Shown: positions 9,115 to 19,241 of the stretch, one piece after another | How the letters are laid out: each line of letters opens with the position of its first letter | Numbering within the stretch: the stretch's first letter is position 1 | Assembly: GCA_017467805.1 (NCBI GenBank) | Contig: JAFUKJ010000045.1 | Coordinates: forward strand, 1,392-65,391 | From: Lachnospiraceae bacterium | GTDB lineage: Bacteria > Bacillota > Clostridia > Lachnospirales > Lachnospiraceae | DNA: 64,000 nucleotides | Direction of reading: 5' to 3' | Program-made: the position numbers and the translations under genes | Notes under the pieces: model-generated | Databases searched by the model: none | Seen by the model: the letters and a program-made list of their open reading frames with translations, nothing else | What the model was told of the DNA's origin: nothing

Positions 9115-11221
9115 GATGACAGTAAAGCTTGGAACTGCGGCAGACAGAGTCTTACTGCCGATTGGAGGACAGGATAAAGCAGGAAATGCTTATGGTGTAA
9201 ATAACAAGTATATGATGAAGAACGGTAAGGCGATATTACCGATTATGGGAGAGTTTCATTTTTCAAGATGGACACCTGCAGAATGGGAAGAGGCATTGCT
9301 AAAGATGCGTGCAGGCGGCGTGGAAATTGTTGCAACCTATGTATTCTGGATTCATCATGAGGAGAGAAAGGGTGAGTGGGACTTTACAGGTTCCAGAGAT
9401 GTAAGAGCCTTTTTAGAGGTTTGTAAAAAGGTAGGTATGCCTGTATGGTTCAGAATCGGACCTTGGGCGCATGGTGAGTGCCGTAACGGAGGCTTTCCTG
9501 ACTGGCTGGTACAGGAGCAGGATATGGAGACGAGAGTAGATGACCCGAAGTATCTGGAGTATGTGCGTAAGTTCTGGTCAAAGCTTGCTGAACAGGCAAA
9601 GGGCATGATGTGTAAGGACGGTGGACCGATTCTTGGTATACAGCTTGAGAATGAATATTGTCATGCAGGCGGACCAGCGGATAAGTCCAAAGGAAAGATA
9701 CACATTATGACCTTGAAGAAGCTCGCTATGGAGCTTGGATTTGACGTACCATATTATACAGCAACAGGCTGGGGAGGAGCATGGGTAATTGATGATGAGA
9801 TGCTCCCTGTACTTGGCGGATATGTAGATGCGCCGTGGGCAGCACATACACACGAGATGCCTGCCTGCGAGAATTTTCTGATTACACCTTTCAGAGAGGA
9901 TGAAAATATTGCAACGGATTTAAAGCAGGATGCGGAAAGCGAATATACCTTCTCTATCAGTAAGAATCCATATCTGACAGCAGAGCTTGGAGGAGGCTTG
10001 CAGGTAACTGCCCACAGAAGAACTTACCCGTTCCCTGAGGATATTGAGGCACAGACGATGTGTATGCTGGGAGCGGGTGCGAATCTCTTAGGCTATTACA
10101 TGTATCATGGAGGATATAATCCAAAGGGTAAGTATACAACGCTGCAGGAGTCAAAGGCAACAGGCTATGCCAATGACTATCCTGTGAGAAGCTATGACTT
10201 TCAGACTTGCATCAGGCAGTCTGGCAAATTGAATGAGAGTTATCACAAATTAAAAAAGATTCACATGAGTATACTGACTTTTGAAAAGGAACTTGCAACA
10301 GCGGACGCATACTTCCCTGAAATGCAGCCTGAGAGTACAGAGGACTTGCAAACTCCAAGAGTCAGTGTGCGTTATTCGGACGAGTATCAGGGTGGTTTTA
10401 TCTTTATAAATAATCATCAGCGACTGCGTAAAATGCAACCGATCGAAAATCTTTCCCTTATTATTAGTAGGGAAGGTGATGTGGATGTAGAAATAACAAA
10501 TATACACTGTCAGAGCGGACAGTGTGCGCTGATTCCATTTGGGTTGCAGATGAAGGATTGCAGACTGGAAGCAACTAACTGTTCTTTATTAACAAAGCTT
10601 GGAGATACTTATTTCTTCTATATCGAAGAGGGTACTACGCCATATTTCCATTTTAGAGATAAGGCATACGAGGGTATTGTGGTACTGACAAGGCAGGAGG
10701 CAGAGATGGCTTATCTGCTTCAGGATAAGCTGATACTTACAAAGCATGCGCTGTATGAGAAGGATGGTAAGCTCATTATTCTTGCAGGTAAGGCTGCGGA
10801 GCAAATCAGATATTATGATGATAAAGGCGCGCAGCATGAGATTGTGCTGGAGGCTGTAGAGGAGACTGTTACGCCTTTGGTAACGGCAAGAATTGTGAAG
10901 CAGACTGGTGAGAAGAGTGTTTATGAGCTTGAAATAGAGGTAAGAGATGCAGCAAACCTTCATGAGCTATACTTACATATGAATTTTAAGGGAGACCGAG
11001 CCGAGCTTTATCAGGAGGATGAACTGTTAGATGACTGGTTTAGTAATGGCGAGGACTGGTATAGTGCGATGAAGCGATTTGATTATCCAAAGAAGCTTAG
11101 ACTTGAGATATTCCCATACAAGGAAGATGTATACTACGATTTGGAGCCAAGAGTAGGCTGTGAACTGGTAGAGGTCTGTGTGGAGACGGAGTACAGTAAA
11201 GTGATAAAGGGTGCAAATTAA
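9104..11221 (+). CDS. Glycoside hydrolase family 35 (beta-galactosidase-like)
   Basis: GEFHFSR, YVFWIHHE, RIGPWAHGECRNGGFPDW, acid/base motif QLENEY, probable nucleophile AELGGG, YYMYHGG. Confidence 0.88.
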   Translation: MANRMTVKLGTAADRVLLPIGGQDKAGNAYGVNNKYMMKNGKAILPIMGEFHFSRWTPAEWEEALLKMRAGGVEIVATYVFWIHHEERKGEWDFTGSRDVRAFLEVCKKVGMPVWFRIGPWAHGECRNGGFPDWLVQEQDMETRVDDPKYLEYVRKFWSKLAEQAKGMMCKDGGPILGIQLENEYCHAGGPADKSKGKIHIMTLKKLAMELGFDVPYYTATGWGGAWVIDDEMLPVLGGYVDAPWAAHTHEMPACENFLITPFREDENIATDLKQDAESEYTFSISKNPYLTAELGGGLQVTAHRRTYPFPEDIEAQTMCMLGAGANLLGYYMYHGGYNPKGKYTTLQESKATGYANDYPVRSYDFQTCIRQSGKLNESYHKLKKIHMSILTFEKELATADAYFPEMQPESTEDLQTPRVSVRYSDEYQGGFIFINNHQRLRKMQPIENLSLIISREGDVDVEITNIHCQSGQCALIPFGLQMKDCRLEATNCSLLTKLGDTYFFYIEEGTTPYFHFRDKAYEGIVVLTRQEAEMAYLLQDKLILTKHALYEKDGKLIILAGKAAEQIRYYDDKGAQHEIVLEAVEETVTPLVTARIVKQTGEKSVYELEIEVRDAANLHELYLHMNFKGDRAELYQEDELLDDWFSNGEDWYSAMKRFDYPKKLRLEIFPYKEDVYYDLEPRVGCELVEVCVETEYSKVIKGAN

Positions 11222-12180
11222 TGGAATTAGTAAATATTACAAAGACCTTTCATTCTGCGCAGGGGCAGACAGAGGTTTTAAAGGGTATTAATCTGACAAT
11301 TGAAGACGGTGAATTTGTGACATTGTTAGGTGCGTCAGGCTGTGGTAAGACGACTCTGCTTAGAATTATAGCGGGCTTGGAGGAGGCTGATACAGGCAGT
11401 ATTATACTGGACGGGAAGGATATTACAGCGCTTGAGCCTTACAAGCGTGATGTAAATATGATTTTTCAGAACTATGCGTTATTTCCTCACATGACAGTAG
11501 AGGAGAATATCGGTTATGGACTTAAGCTGAAAAAAGTGCCAAAGGCTATTCAGCATAAGAAGGTAGAGGAGATGCTGGCACTTGTGCAGTTAGAGGGCTA
11601 CGGAAAGCGATATCCCGATAAGCTTTCTGGAGGACAGAAGCAGAGAGTGGCAATTGCAAGAGCCTTGATAAATGAACCAAAGGTATTGCTGTTGGATGAG
11701 CCTTTAGGTGCTTTGGATTTGAAGCTGCGAAGACAGATGCAGCTTGAATTGAAGCGATTACAGCGAAAGCTTGGAATTACCTTTATATATATCACTCACG
11801 ACCAGGAAGAGGCAATTAATATGTCTGATAAGATTGCGGTTATGCATGAAGGTGTATTTGAACAGGTAGGAACTCCTAATGAGGTTTATTACGAGCCTAA
11901 GACCAGCTATGTGGCGAGCTTTGTAGGTGATGCTAATTTACTTCGCATAGATGGAGAGCTTTATGCATTGCGTGCGGAGGATATACAGATACAGGAGGGA
12001 AGTCACTGTACGCATAAGGCGAAGGTCTTGGAGAAGAGCTTTGCAGGCGGACAGCTTCGTATTTTGTTGGAGCTTTCGGATGGGCAGCAGGTGACTGCCA
12101 GCCGTTTTGGTATTGATTATGATTTAAAGGAAGGCGAGGTTACGCAGATTGGCTGGAGCAGGGCGCAGAAAATCAAATAA
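11221..12180 (+). CDS. ABC transporter ATPase, PotA family
   Basis: Walker A GASGCGKTT, FQNYALFPHM, LSGGQKQR, LLLDEPLGALD, ITHDQEEA. Confidence 0.9.
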   Translation: MELVNITKTFHSAQGQTEVLKGINLTIEDGEFVTLLGASGCGKTTLLRIIAGLEEADTGSIILDGKDITALEPYKRDVNMIFQNYALFPHMTVEENIGYGLKLKKVPKAIQHKKVEEMLALVQLEGYGKRYPDKLSGGQKQRVAIARALINEPKVLLLDEPLGALDLKLRRQMQLELKRLQRKLGITFIYITHDQEEAINMSDKIAVMHEGVFEQVGTPNEVYYEPKTSYVASFVGDANLLRIDGELYALRAEDIQIQEGSHCTHKAKVLEKSFAGGQLRILLELSDGQQVTASRFGIDYDLKEGEVTQIGWSRAQKIK

Positions 12181-13006
12181 TTGGGCATTGGTAGCACCGC
12201 TTTATCTGTTTACCATTTTATTTGTTGGGTTACCTCTTATTTATATGGTATACCTCAGCTTCATGAGCAGAGCCAAGGTGTGGGGCTTTACCAATGACTT
12301 TACATTGCAGAATTATTTACAGATATTAGAACCGATTTATATGAGTACTTTTGGAACATCCTTGAAGCTTGCGGTGTTAACAACGGCTATCGTAACATTG
12401 ATAGGATATCCCTTTGGATATTTTATGGCACGACTTGGTGCCAAAGCAAAGAGACTTATGATGATTGGGATTATGATTCCTTTTTGGACAAGCTCTTTGG
12501 TACGATTAAACGGATGGATTATTGTATTTCGTTCCAATGGTGTATTGGACAAGCTGCTGATGTGGATTGGGCTTACGGATGAGCCTTTGAAGCTGTTGTA
12601 TTCTTACCCAGCGGTGGTGTTTGGTATGGTGTATGCACTATGTCCTTTTATGATGCTCTCGGTGTATTCGAGTGCAGAGAAGCTGGACTGGCGGTTATTA
12701 GAGGCAGCTTCTGACCTTGGAGCGGGACGTGCGAGAGCATTTTTTGACATTGCATTTCCATTGACGATGCCAGGACTTATGTCGGGGATTGTGTTAACCT
12801 TTATTCCATCTATGGGACTATTCTTTGTGGCGGATATTCTAGGTGGTAGTAAGGTGGTACTTATTGGAAATGTGATTCAGGAGCAGATGACAAAGGGTAG
12901 AAATCTGCCATTTGCAGCAGCACTTTCTGTGGTACTGATGCTGATGACCAGTTGTATGCTGGGACTTTATCGTAAGATTTGCGGGAATTGGAAAGGTTTG
13001 GATTAA
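12149..13006 (+). CDS. ABC permease, PotB family
   Basis: Multi-TM; EAASDLGAGRARAF EAA motif. TTG start is uncertain. Confidence 0.85.
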   Translation: MAGAGRRKSNNWALVAPLYLFTILFVGLPLIYMVYLSFMSRAKVWGFTNDFTLQNYLQILEPIYMSTFGTSLKLAVLTTAIVTLIGYPFGYFMARLGAKAKRLMMIGIMIPFWTSSLVRLNGWIIVFRSNGVLDKLLMWIGLTDEPLKLLYSYPAVVFGMVYALCPFMMLSVYSSAEKLDWRLLEAASDLGAGRARAFFDIAFPLTMPGLMSGIVLTFIPSMGLFFVADILGGSKVVLIGNVIQEQMTKGRNLPFAAALSVVLMLMTSCMLGLYRKICGNWKGLD

Positions 13007-13007
13007 C

Positions 13008-13811
13008 GTGAAAAGAGGAAAGAAAAAGGGATTATTTGCCACAAGCTATTTGACGCTTGTTATGATAGTATTGTATGTGCCCATCATACTGACAGTGATT
13101 TATTCCTTTAATGCCAATAAGTCAGGAACAGTATGGAGTGGGTTCTCTTTGAAATGGTATGAGGAGCTGGCAGGAGACAGAAGCTTGAAGGAGGCATTGA
13201 TAAACAGTCTGGTCTTAGCGTTGGGAAGTTGTTTCTTTGCGATTCTGATAGCGACGAGCGCAGCTCTTGGAATGAGAAACCGAGTGTCGAAGCTTGACAA
13301 AGTAATGTCGTATATGTCATCATTACCTATTATGATTCCTGAAATTATTCTTGGTATGGTGTTTTTAGGAGTTTTTTCTTTTATGAATATTCCGTTTGGT
13401 ATGGTGACGCTTATGATTTCGCATACGGCATTTTGTATTCCGTATATTTTTACCATGGTACAGGCTAGATTGGAAGGAATGGAGCGTAACCTTGAGGAGG
13501 CGGCACTGGACTTGGGAGCAAAGCCCTGGGAGGTTTTCAGGGATGTGACTTTGCCTGCGATTATGCCTGCAATAGGTTCAGGAGCGTTATTATCATTTGC
13601 TATGTCCTTTGATGATGTGGTAATCAGTATTTTTGTGACGGGAGCAAGAACCAATACATTAGCAGTGAAAATTTACACGAAATTAAAGACAGGGGTAACG
13701 CCAGAGATTAATGCGTTGGCAACCGTGATTCTGCTTATCACCATTATAATGGTAGTACTTTCGGAAATGATAAAAGAGCGGACAAAGACAAAAGAGGGAG
13801 ACAGTATATGA
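13008..13811 (+). CDS. ABC permease, PotC family
   Basis: YSFNANK, EEAALDLGA, FAMSFDDVVIS, TPEINAL. Confidence 0.87.
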   Translation: MKRGKKKGLFATSYLTLVMIVLYVPIILTVIYSFNANKSGTVWSGFSLKWYEELAGDRSLKEALINSLVLALGSCFFAILIATSAALGMRNRVSKLDKVMSYMSSLPIMIPEIILGMVFLGVFSFMNIPFGMVTLMISHTAFCIPYIFTMVQARLEGMERNLEEAALDLGAKPWEVFRDVTLPAIMPAIGSGALLSFAMSFDDVVISIFVTGARTNTLAVKIYTKLKTGVTPEINALATVILLITIIMVVLSEMIKERTKTKEGDSI

Positions 13812-14848
13812 AGCGAAGATTAAGTTTGGCATTAACAGGTGTATTAATAATGGGATGTTTATCTGGCTGTGGGGCGAAGGAAACAGGTGAGTTGAATCTT
13901 TTTACCTGGGATGGCATGTTTCCACAGGAGATTCTGGACGGCTTTGAAGAGGAGACAGGATATCGGATTAATTATACCAATTTTGACTATGATGAGGATA
14001 TGCTTGCTAAGCTGGAGGAAGCCCAGGGGGGCGACTACGACTATATCATCGCGGATGATTATATTATAGAGGTAGCGATAGAAGAGGGGCTTGTTCAGAA
14101 ACTGGATAAATCTAAGCTTTCTAACTGGGAGAATATCAATCCTCTTTATCAGGGACAGTTCTATGATCTAACTGATGAGTATACGATTCCACACGGCGCA
14201 GGTATTCCGTTAATCGTGTATGATCCCTCGCAGGTATCAGTAGAAATTACGGGCTACGAGGATTTGTGGAACCCGAGTCTTGAGGATAGCATTGCAATTA
14301 TCGGAAATTATCGTGTAATAGAGGGAATTACCTTAAAGACTCTGGGAAAATCCTTTAATACAGAAGATTTGGAGGATATTACGGCAGCAGGCGAGAAGTT
14401 AAAGAGTCTTGCGCCGAATATTCGATTGATTAGTGATTCCAATACACAGGATTATTTATTAAGCGGTGAAGTATCGGTTGCGTTCATGTATACTTCACAG
14501 GTGGTAGCAGCGATGCAGGCGAATCCCGATTTGAAAATTGTTTATCCGACAGAGGGACTTGGCATTGGTATTATGGCGGGCTTTATTCCGTCTGATGCAC
14601 CGAATGCTGAGGCTGCATATGCATTTGCAGATTATATTAACAGACCTGAGAATGCAGCTAAGTGCTTCGAATATTTGGGATATTATTGTACAAATAAGGC
14701 AGCAGAGGAATATATTGCTGAAGAAATGAGATACTATTTAACAGTGCCAGAGAATATTACTGAAACAGAGATGATTCAGAATATCTCTCAGGAGGCAGAA
14801 GATTTGCATAGCAGGAACTGGAATGAATTCAGAGTTCTTTGCGATTAG
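13808..14848 (+). CDS. PotD-like ABC substrate-binding lipoprotein; substrate uncertain
   Basis: Lipobox LSGC; aligns by eye along E. coli PotD (QKLDKSKLSN, EDLWNP), but the ligand-binding residues differ. Confidence 0.8.
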   Translation: MKRRLSLALTGVLIMGCLSGCGAKETGELNLFTWDGMFPQEILDGFEEETGYRINYTNFDYDEDMLAKLEEAQGGDYDYIIADDYIIEVAIEEGLVQKLDKSKLSNWENINPLYQGQFYDLTDEYTIPHGAGIPLIVYDPSQVSVEITGYEDLWNPSLEDSIAIIGNYRVIEGITLKTLGKSFNTEDLEDITAAGEKLKSLAPNIRLISDSNTQDYLLSGEVSVAFMYTSQVVAAMQANPDLKIVYPTEGLGIGIMAGFIPSDAPNAEAAYAFADYINRPENAAKCFEYLGYYCTNKAAEEYIAEEMRYYLTVPENITETEMIQNISQEAEDLHSRNWNEFRVLCD

Positions 14849-14857
14849 GAGGTTATT

Positions 14858-15559
14858 ATGAAAAAGAAAGTAGCTTTATTATTATTAACAACAATTGTAG
14901 CAGGTACTATGATGACTGCATGTGGAACAACAGATGACAGAACATCTGACGAAGTACAGACAGAAAATGTAGGCGATGAAAATGATATGGTAGAGGCAGA
15001 AACAACAGTAGGTGACACTACTGTTGAGGAGCCTGCGACAGAGGCACCTGTAGTAGAGGAAACTACAGTCGTAGAGGAACAAGTGACAGCAGGTGCTGAG
15101 CACCTTGCAACCTTTGAAGAGGTAGATGCTTTTATCAATGAAATATATACACAGATTCCAGAGGATAAGATGCCAGGGGCAATCGGTAATATGGAGCTTA
15201 GCTTAGAGGATATGGATGCTGTGACATATTATACAGGATTAACAGATGCAACAGGTGTGGATAGCATCGTGGTATCAGAGTCTATGATTGGTTCTGTTGC
15301 ATATTCACTGTTGTACATCAGAACAAATGATGAGGGAGATGCACAGCAGATTGCACAGAATGTAATGGACAACATCGACCCTGCAAAGTGGATTTGTGTA
15401 ACAGCAGAGAAGCAGATAGCAGTTACTTTAGGTAAGGATGTATTCTTTGTTATGACATCAGCAGAAACAGCAGATTTAATTTATGATGCAATGGCAGATA
15501 TTGCAGCACAGAAGGGACTTGCTGTTTCAGAGAAGCTTGAGAAGACAAACGCAATCTAA
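14858..15559 (+). CDS. Uncharacterised acidic lipoprotein preceding the MBOAT/DHHW pair
   Basis: Signal peptide with lipobox MTAC; E/T/V-rich linker; RBS AGGAGG. Confidence 0.75.
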   Translation: MKKKVALLLLTTIVAGTMMTACGTTDDRTSDEVQTENVGDENDMVEAETTVGDTTVEEPATEAPVVEETTVVEEQVTAGAEHLATFEEVDAFINEIYTQIPEDKMPGAIGNMELSLEDMDAVTYYTGLTDATGVDSIVVSESMIGSVAYSLLYIRTNDEGDAQQIAQNVMDNIDPAKWICVTAEKQIAVTLGKDVFFVMTSAETADLIYDAMADIAAQKGLAVSEKLEKTNAI

Positions 15560-15619
15560 GCTTAGAATTAAGCTTTAGTTAACGATTTTAAAATATGAAA
15601 TGGAAAGGAGAAATGCAGT

Positions 15620-17146
15620 ATGCTTTTTTCCAGTATTACCTTTTTGTATTTCTTCCTGCCAGTGGTGCTGCTCCTATATGGAGTAGTGCCTAAGCAGGCT
15701 AAAAATTTTATATTGTGTATAGCGTCATGCTTATTTTATGCATGGGGAGAGCCGATTTATCTGTTCCTCATGCTTATTCAGATTGTAATTGCGTACGGGC
15801 TTACACAGATTATGGAGAAGAAACGAGATACAAAGGCGGGCAAAGTGATTTTTATTTTGGCTGTCCTGATACCGTTTGCTTCTCTATTTTTCTTTAAGTA
15901 CTTTAGTTTCCTTTTTAGGGAGCTTTTGGGGATTGCTGGCAGCAGTATGAAGACACTGGTGGTGGATGTGCCTTTCCTTGGAAAGCTGGATTTGCTTAAC
16001 ATTGTACTGCCTGTAGGAATATCCTTTTATACCTTCCAGCTTGTCAGTTATATTGTGGATGTGTGGAGAGGAGAAACTGCGGCTCAGAAGAGTCTTTTGA
16101 AGCTTGCGACTTATATCACGATGTTTCCGCAGCTCATCGCAGGACCGATTGTAAGATATAAGGGAACGGATAAGGCTTTAGACGATAGAGAAACACATGT
16201 GAAGGATTATGCAGATGGCATTGTCAGATTTGCAATCGGACTTGGTAAAAAGGTGTTAATAGCCAATACACTGGGCGATTTTGTGCAGGAGATTTCGGGT
16301 ATGTCAGGGAATAGCATTGCACTGGCATGGGCATATGCGCTTGCTGTAACAATGCAGATTTATTTTGACTTTTCGGGGTATTCTGATATGGCAATCGGAC
16401 TTGGTGCAATGCTTGGCTTTACATTCCCCGAGAATTTTAATTATCCATTGATTTCAGGGAGTTTGACAGAGTTCTGGAGACGCTGGCATATGACGCTTGG
16501 CAGTTGGTTTCGGGACTATGTGTATATTCCCCTTGGCGGGAATCGCGTGGGTATAGTAAAGTGGATTCGCAATATTTTGATTGTGTGGATGCTGACAGGC
16601 ATTTGGCATGGCGCAGGCTGGAATTTTGTAGTATGGGGCTTGTTCTTTGGTGTGCTTTTAATGGTAGAGAAGCTGGGGGCAGGTATTCATGAGAATAAGG
16701 ATGATTTGACGCAGAAGAAGAGCTTTGCATCGGTGCTGTGGAAGGGCATTATGTGTTGCGGCAGGCATGTTTATGTGTTGGTGGCGGTTTTGATAAGTTT
16801 TCTTATCTTTAATGGCATGACGATGGAAGAGAGCTGGCAGGATATTCAAAATCTTGTGTGTGCGCCGATTTGGATGGATGAGCTTTCTGTTTATATGCTT
16901 CGTAATAGAGCTGGTATCCTTCTTGTAGCTATTGTTGGAGCGACACCATTACCAAAGAGGTTGTGGGAGAAGCTTACCTTAAGGTTTGGGACAGAGGCGA
17001 TGTGCGAAGTGGACTCAAAGACAGTCACTATGAGTATGATAGTTTTTAGAATGATTCAGATTATTATGGTGGCAATTTTACTATTACTTTGTACTGCCTA
17101 TTTGGTAGATGGTTCATTTAATCCGTTTTTATATTTTAGATTTTAG
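15620..17146 (+). CDS. MBOAT O-acyltransferase, AlgI/DltB/PatA-like
   Basis: LPVGISFYTFQ, FPQLIAGPIVRY, YFDFSGYSDMAIG, FWRRWH, LTGIWHG with the catalytic His. Confidence 0.92.
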   Translation: MLFSSITFLYFFLPVVLLLYGVVPKQAKNFILCIASCLFYAWGEPIYLFLMLIQIVIAYGLTQIMEKKRDTKAGKVIFILAVLIPFASLFFFKYFSFLFRELLGIAGSSMKTLVVDVPFLGKLDLLNIVLPVGISFYTFQLVSYIVDVWRGETAAQKSLLKLATYITMFPQLIAGPIVRYKGTDKALDDRETHVKDYADGIVRFAIGLGKKVLIANTLGDFVQEISGMSGNSIALAWAYALAVTMQIYFDFSGYSDMAIGLGAMLGFTFPENFNYPLISGSLTEFWRRWHMTLGSWFRDYVYIPLGGNRVGIVKWIRNILIVWMLTGIWHGAGWNFVVWGLFFGVLLMVEKLGAGIHENKDDLTQKKSFASVLWKGIMCCGRHVYVLVAVLISFLIFNGMTMEESWQDIQNLVCAPIWMDELSVYMLRNRAGILLVAIVGATPLPKRLWEKLTLRFGTEAMCEVDSKTVTMSMIVFRMIQIIMVAILLLLCTAYLVDGSFNPFLYFRF

Positions 17147-17211
17147 AACCATATGAATATGTTATTAAAGTAATCGAAGGCAGCAGCTAAAGGAAAGGTA
17201 GGGGGCTTGGA

Positions 17212-18321
17212 ATGAAGCAGAGCAAGTTAATAAATAGAATATTTGTAGGCTTATTTCTGGTATTCTTATGTGTGATGGCAGTTCTTTTTCTGGTGCTTCC
17301 AAAGGCTGAGTACTCTACTGTGGAGCGACGCCGTCTGGAAGATGCGCCAAAGATTACCTGGGCTGGGATTCGGGATGCAAGCTATATGGATGATTTGGAG
17401 GCTTATTTGCTGGACCATTTTCCGTTTCGTGAGCAGCTTAGAAGTTTGAAGGCTTTTTTTGCATATGATGTGCTGGGACAGAAGGAGAATAATGACATCT
17501 ATGTAGTAGATGGACATGCGGCAAAGCTGGAATATCCGATGAGTGAGTCGAGTATTCTGAAGGCAGCAGATAAGATGAAGGCATTGCAGGAGAAGTATTT
17601 TCCTGATGCAAAGGTCTACTATGCAGTTGTGCCTGATAAGAACTATTTTCTGGCAGAAGCAAATGGTTATCCTTCCTTGGACTATGAGAAGTTGGAGACC
17701 TTGATGCAGGAGAAGCTGACTGACATGGAGTATATTTCGATATGGGATACGCTGACGATAGAAGATTACTATACGACAGATACGCACTGGAGACAGGAGC
17801 GGATTGGTAAGACTGTGGAGCGATTGGCAGAGCAAATGGGATTTTCTGAGTATGTGATGACAGAGTTTGAGCAGAAAGAAATTAAGGATTTTTATGGTGT
17901 TTATTATGGACAGTCTGCCCTGCCTTTGCCGTCAGAGAGTATGTACTATCTGACCAATGATGTGATAGAGCAGGCAACGCAGTTTAATGTAGAAACGAAT
18001 CAGACAAAGCCTGTGTATGAGCTTGATTTGTTAGAGGATGAGACTTTGATGGATAAGTACAATATCTATCTTGGCGGAGCAGTTGCGATTCAGACGATTA
18101 CCAGTCCGTTGGCAGAGCGGGAGGGCAGATTGATTATTTTCAGGGATTCCTTTACGAGTAGTCTTGCTCCATTATTGCTGAATGCATATAGTGAGATTAT
18201 ACTGATAGATACGAGATATGTAAGCTCGGGCTTTTTAGGGAATTATGTAGATTTTACGGATGCAGAGGTATTGTTCTTATACAATCCGTTAGTGTTAAAT
18301 AATAGTACCATGCTGAAATAG
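17212..18321 (+). CDS. DHHW-family / AlgJ-like SGNH O-acetyltransferase
   Basis: N-terminal TM anchor; TDTHW (Asp-x-His) and FRDSF (Ser) motifs; follows the MBOAT gene. Confidence 0.82.
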   Translation: MKQSKLINRIFVGLFLVFLCVMAVLFLVLPKAEYSTVERRRLEDAPKITWAGIRDASYMDDLEAYLLDHFPFREQLRSLKAFFAYDVLGQKENNDIYVVDGHAAKLEYPMSESSILKAADKMKALQEKYFPDAKVYYAVVPDKNYFLAEANGYPSLDYEKLETLMQEKLTDMEYISIWDTLTIEDYYTTDTHWRQERIGKTVERLAEQMGFSEYVMTEFEQKEIKDFYGVYYGQSALPLPSESMYYLTNDVIEQATQFNVETNQTKPVYELDLLEDETLMDKYNIYLGGAVAIQTITSPLAEREGRLIIFRDSFTSSLAPLLLNAYSEIILIDTRYVSSGFLGNYVDFTDAEVLFLYNPLVLNNSTMLK

Positions 18322-18333
18322 GAGGATGAAAAG

Positions 18334-19197
18334 ATGTTATACGGAGCGATAGAGGCAGGCGGAACCAAGATGGTGGTTGCGGTTGTGGAAGATACAGGAG
18401 AGATAAAGGAGAAGCTTACGATACCAACTACGACACCTGAGGAAACGATGCCACAAATCATAGATTTCTTAAAGGATAAGGCTGTCAAGGCGGTAGGAGT
18501 TGGCTCATTTGGACCTGTGGATGTGGTAGAGGACTCGCCAACCTATGGCTGTATTATGAATACACCTAAGCTTGCATGGAAGAACTTTGATTTGGTAGGT
18601 GCATTAAAGGATGGGTTAGGGCTGCCTGTAGGTCTTGATACAGATGTGAATGCGGCTTGTCTAGGAGAGATGACTTATGGCTGCGCTAAGGGTGTTAAGA
18701 ATGTTGTGTATATTACCATTGGAACAGGAATCGGAGCGGGAATCGCAGTAGATGGTAAGCTGTTACATGGTATGATGCACCCAGAGGCAGGGCATATTAT
18801 CATTCCTAAGAGACTTGCGGATAGAGGACAGAGTGTATGTCCATATCATGACAGTTGCTTTGAAGGTTTGGCATCAGGTCCATCCATAGAGGCAAGATGG
18901 GGCAAAAAGGCTTACGAGCTTGTGGATAACCAAGTAGTGTGGGAGCTTGAGAGTGAATATATTGCGAAAGGTCTTATGAATATGATTCTGACCTTAAGCC
19001 CACAGAAGATTATTCTCGGCGGTGGAGTTATGCATCAGACTCAGCTCTTTCCTTTGATTCGTGAGAAGGTGACAGAGCTTTTGAATCACTACTATGATAC
19101 ACGTGAGCTGGCAGATATGGATAACTATATCGTACCCGCAAGCCTTAACGACAATCAGGGAATCCTTGGCGCAGCAGTGTTGGCTATGAATGTGTAA
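18334..19197 (+). CDS. scrK: ROK-family fructokinase
   Basis: IEAGGTK, DTDVN, TIGTGIG, HPEAGH, CPYHDSCFEGLASG. Confidence 0.85.
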   Translation: MLYGAIEAGGTKMVVAVVEDTGEIKEKLTIPTTTPEETMPQIIDFLKDKAVKAVGVGSFGPVDVVEDSPTYGCIMNTPKLAWKNFDLVGALKDGLGLPVGLDTDVNAACLGEMTYGCAKGVKNVVYITIGTGIGAGIAVDGKLLHGMMHPEAGHIIIPKRLADRGQSVCPYHDSCFEGLASGPSIEARWGKKAYELVDNQVVWELESEYIAKGLMNMILTLSPQKIILGGGVMHQTQLFPLIREKVTELLNHYYDTRELADMDNYIVPASLNDNQGILGAAVLAMNV

Positions 19198-19223
19198 AAA
19201 CGGGCACCTTACGGTGCCCGTTT
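19198..19223. terminator. Bidirectional terminator between the convergent ROK kinase and uxaC genes
   Basis: AAACGGGCACC/GGTGCCCGTTT. Confidence 0.8.
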
Positions 19224-19241
19224 CGTTATCCCAGAAGGGGA

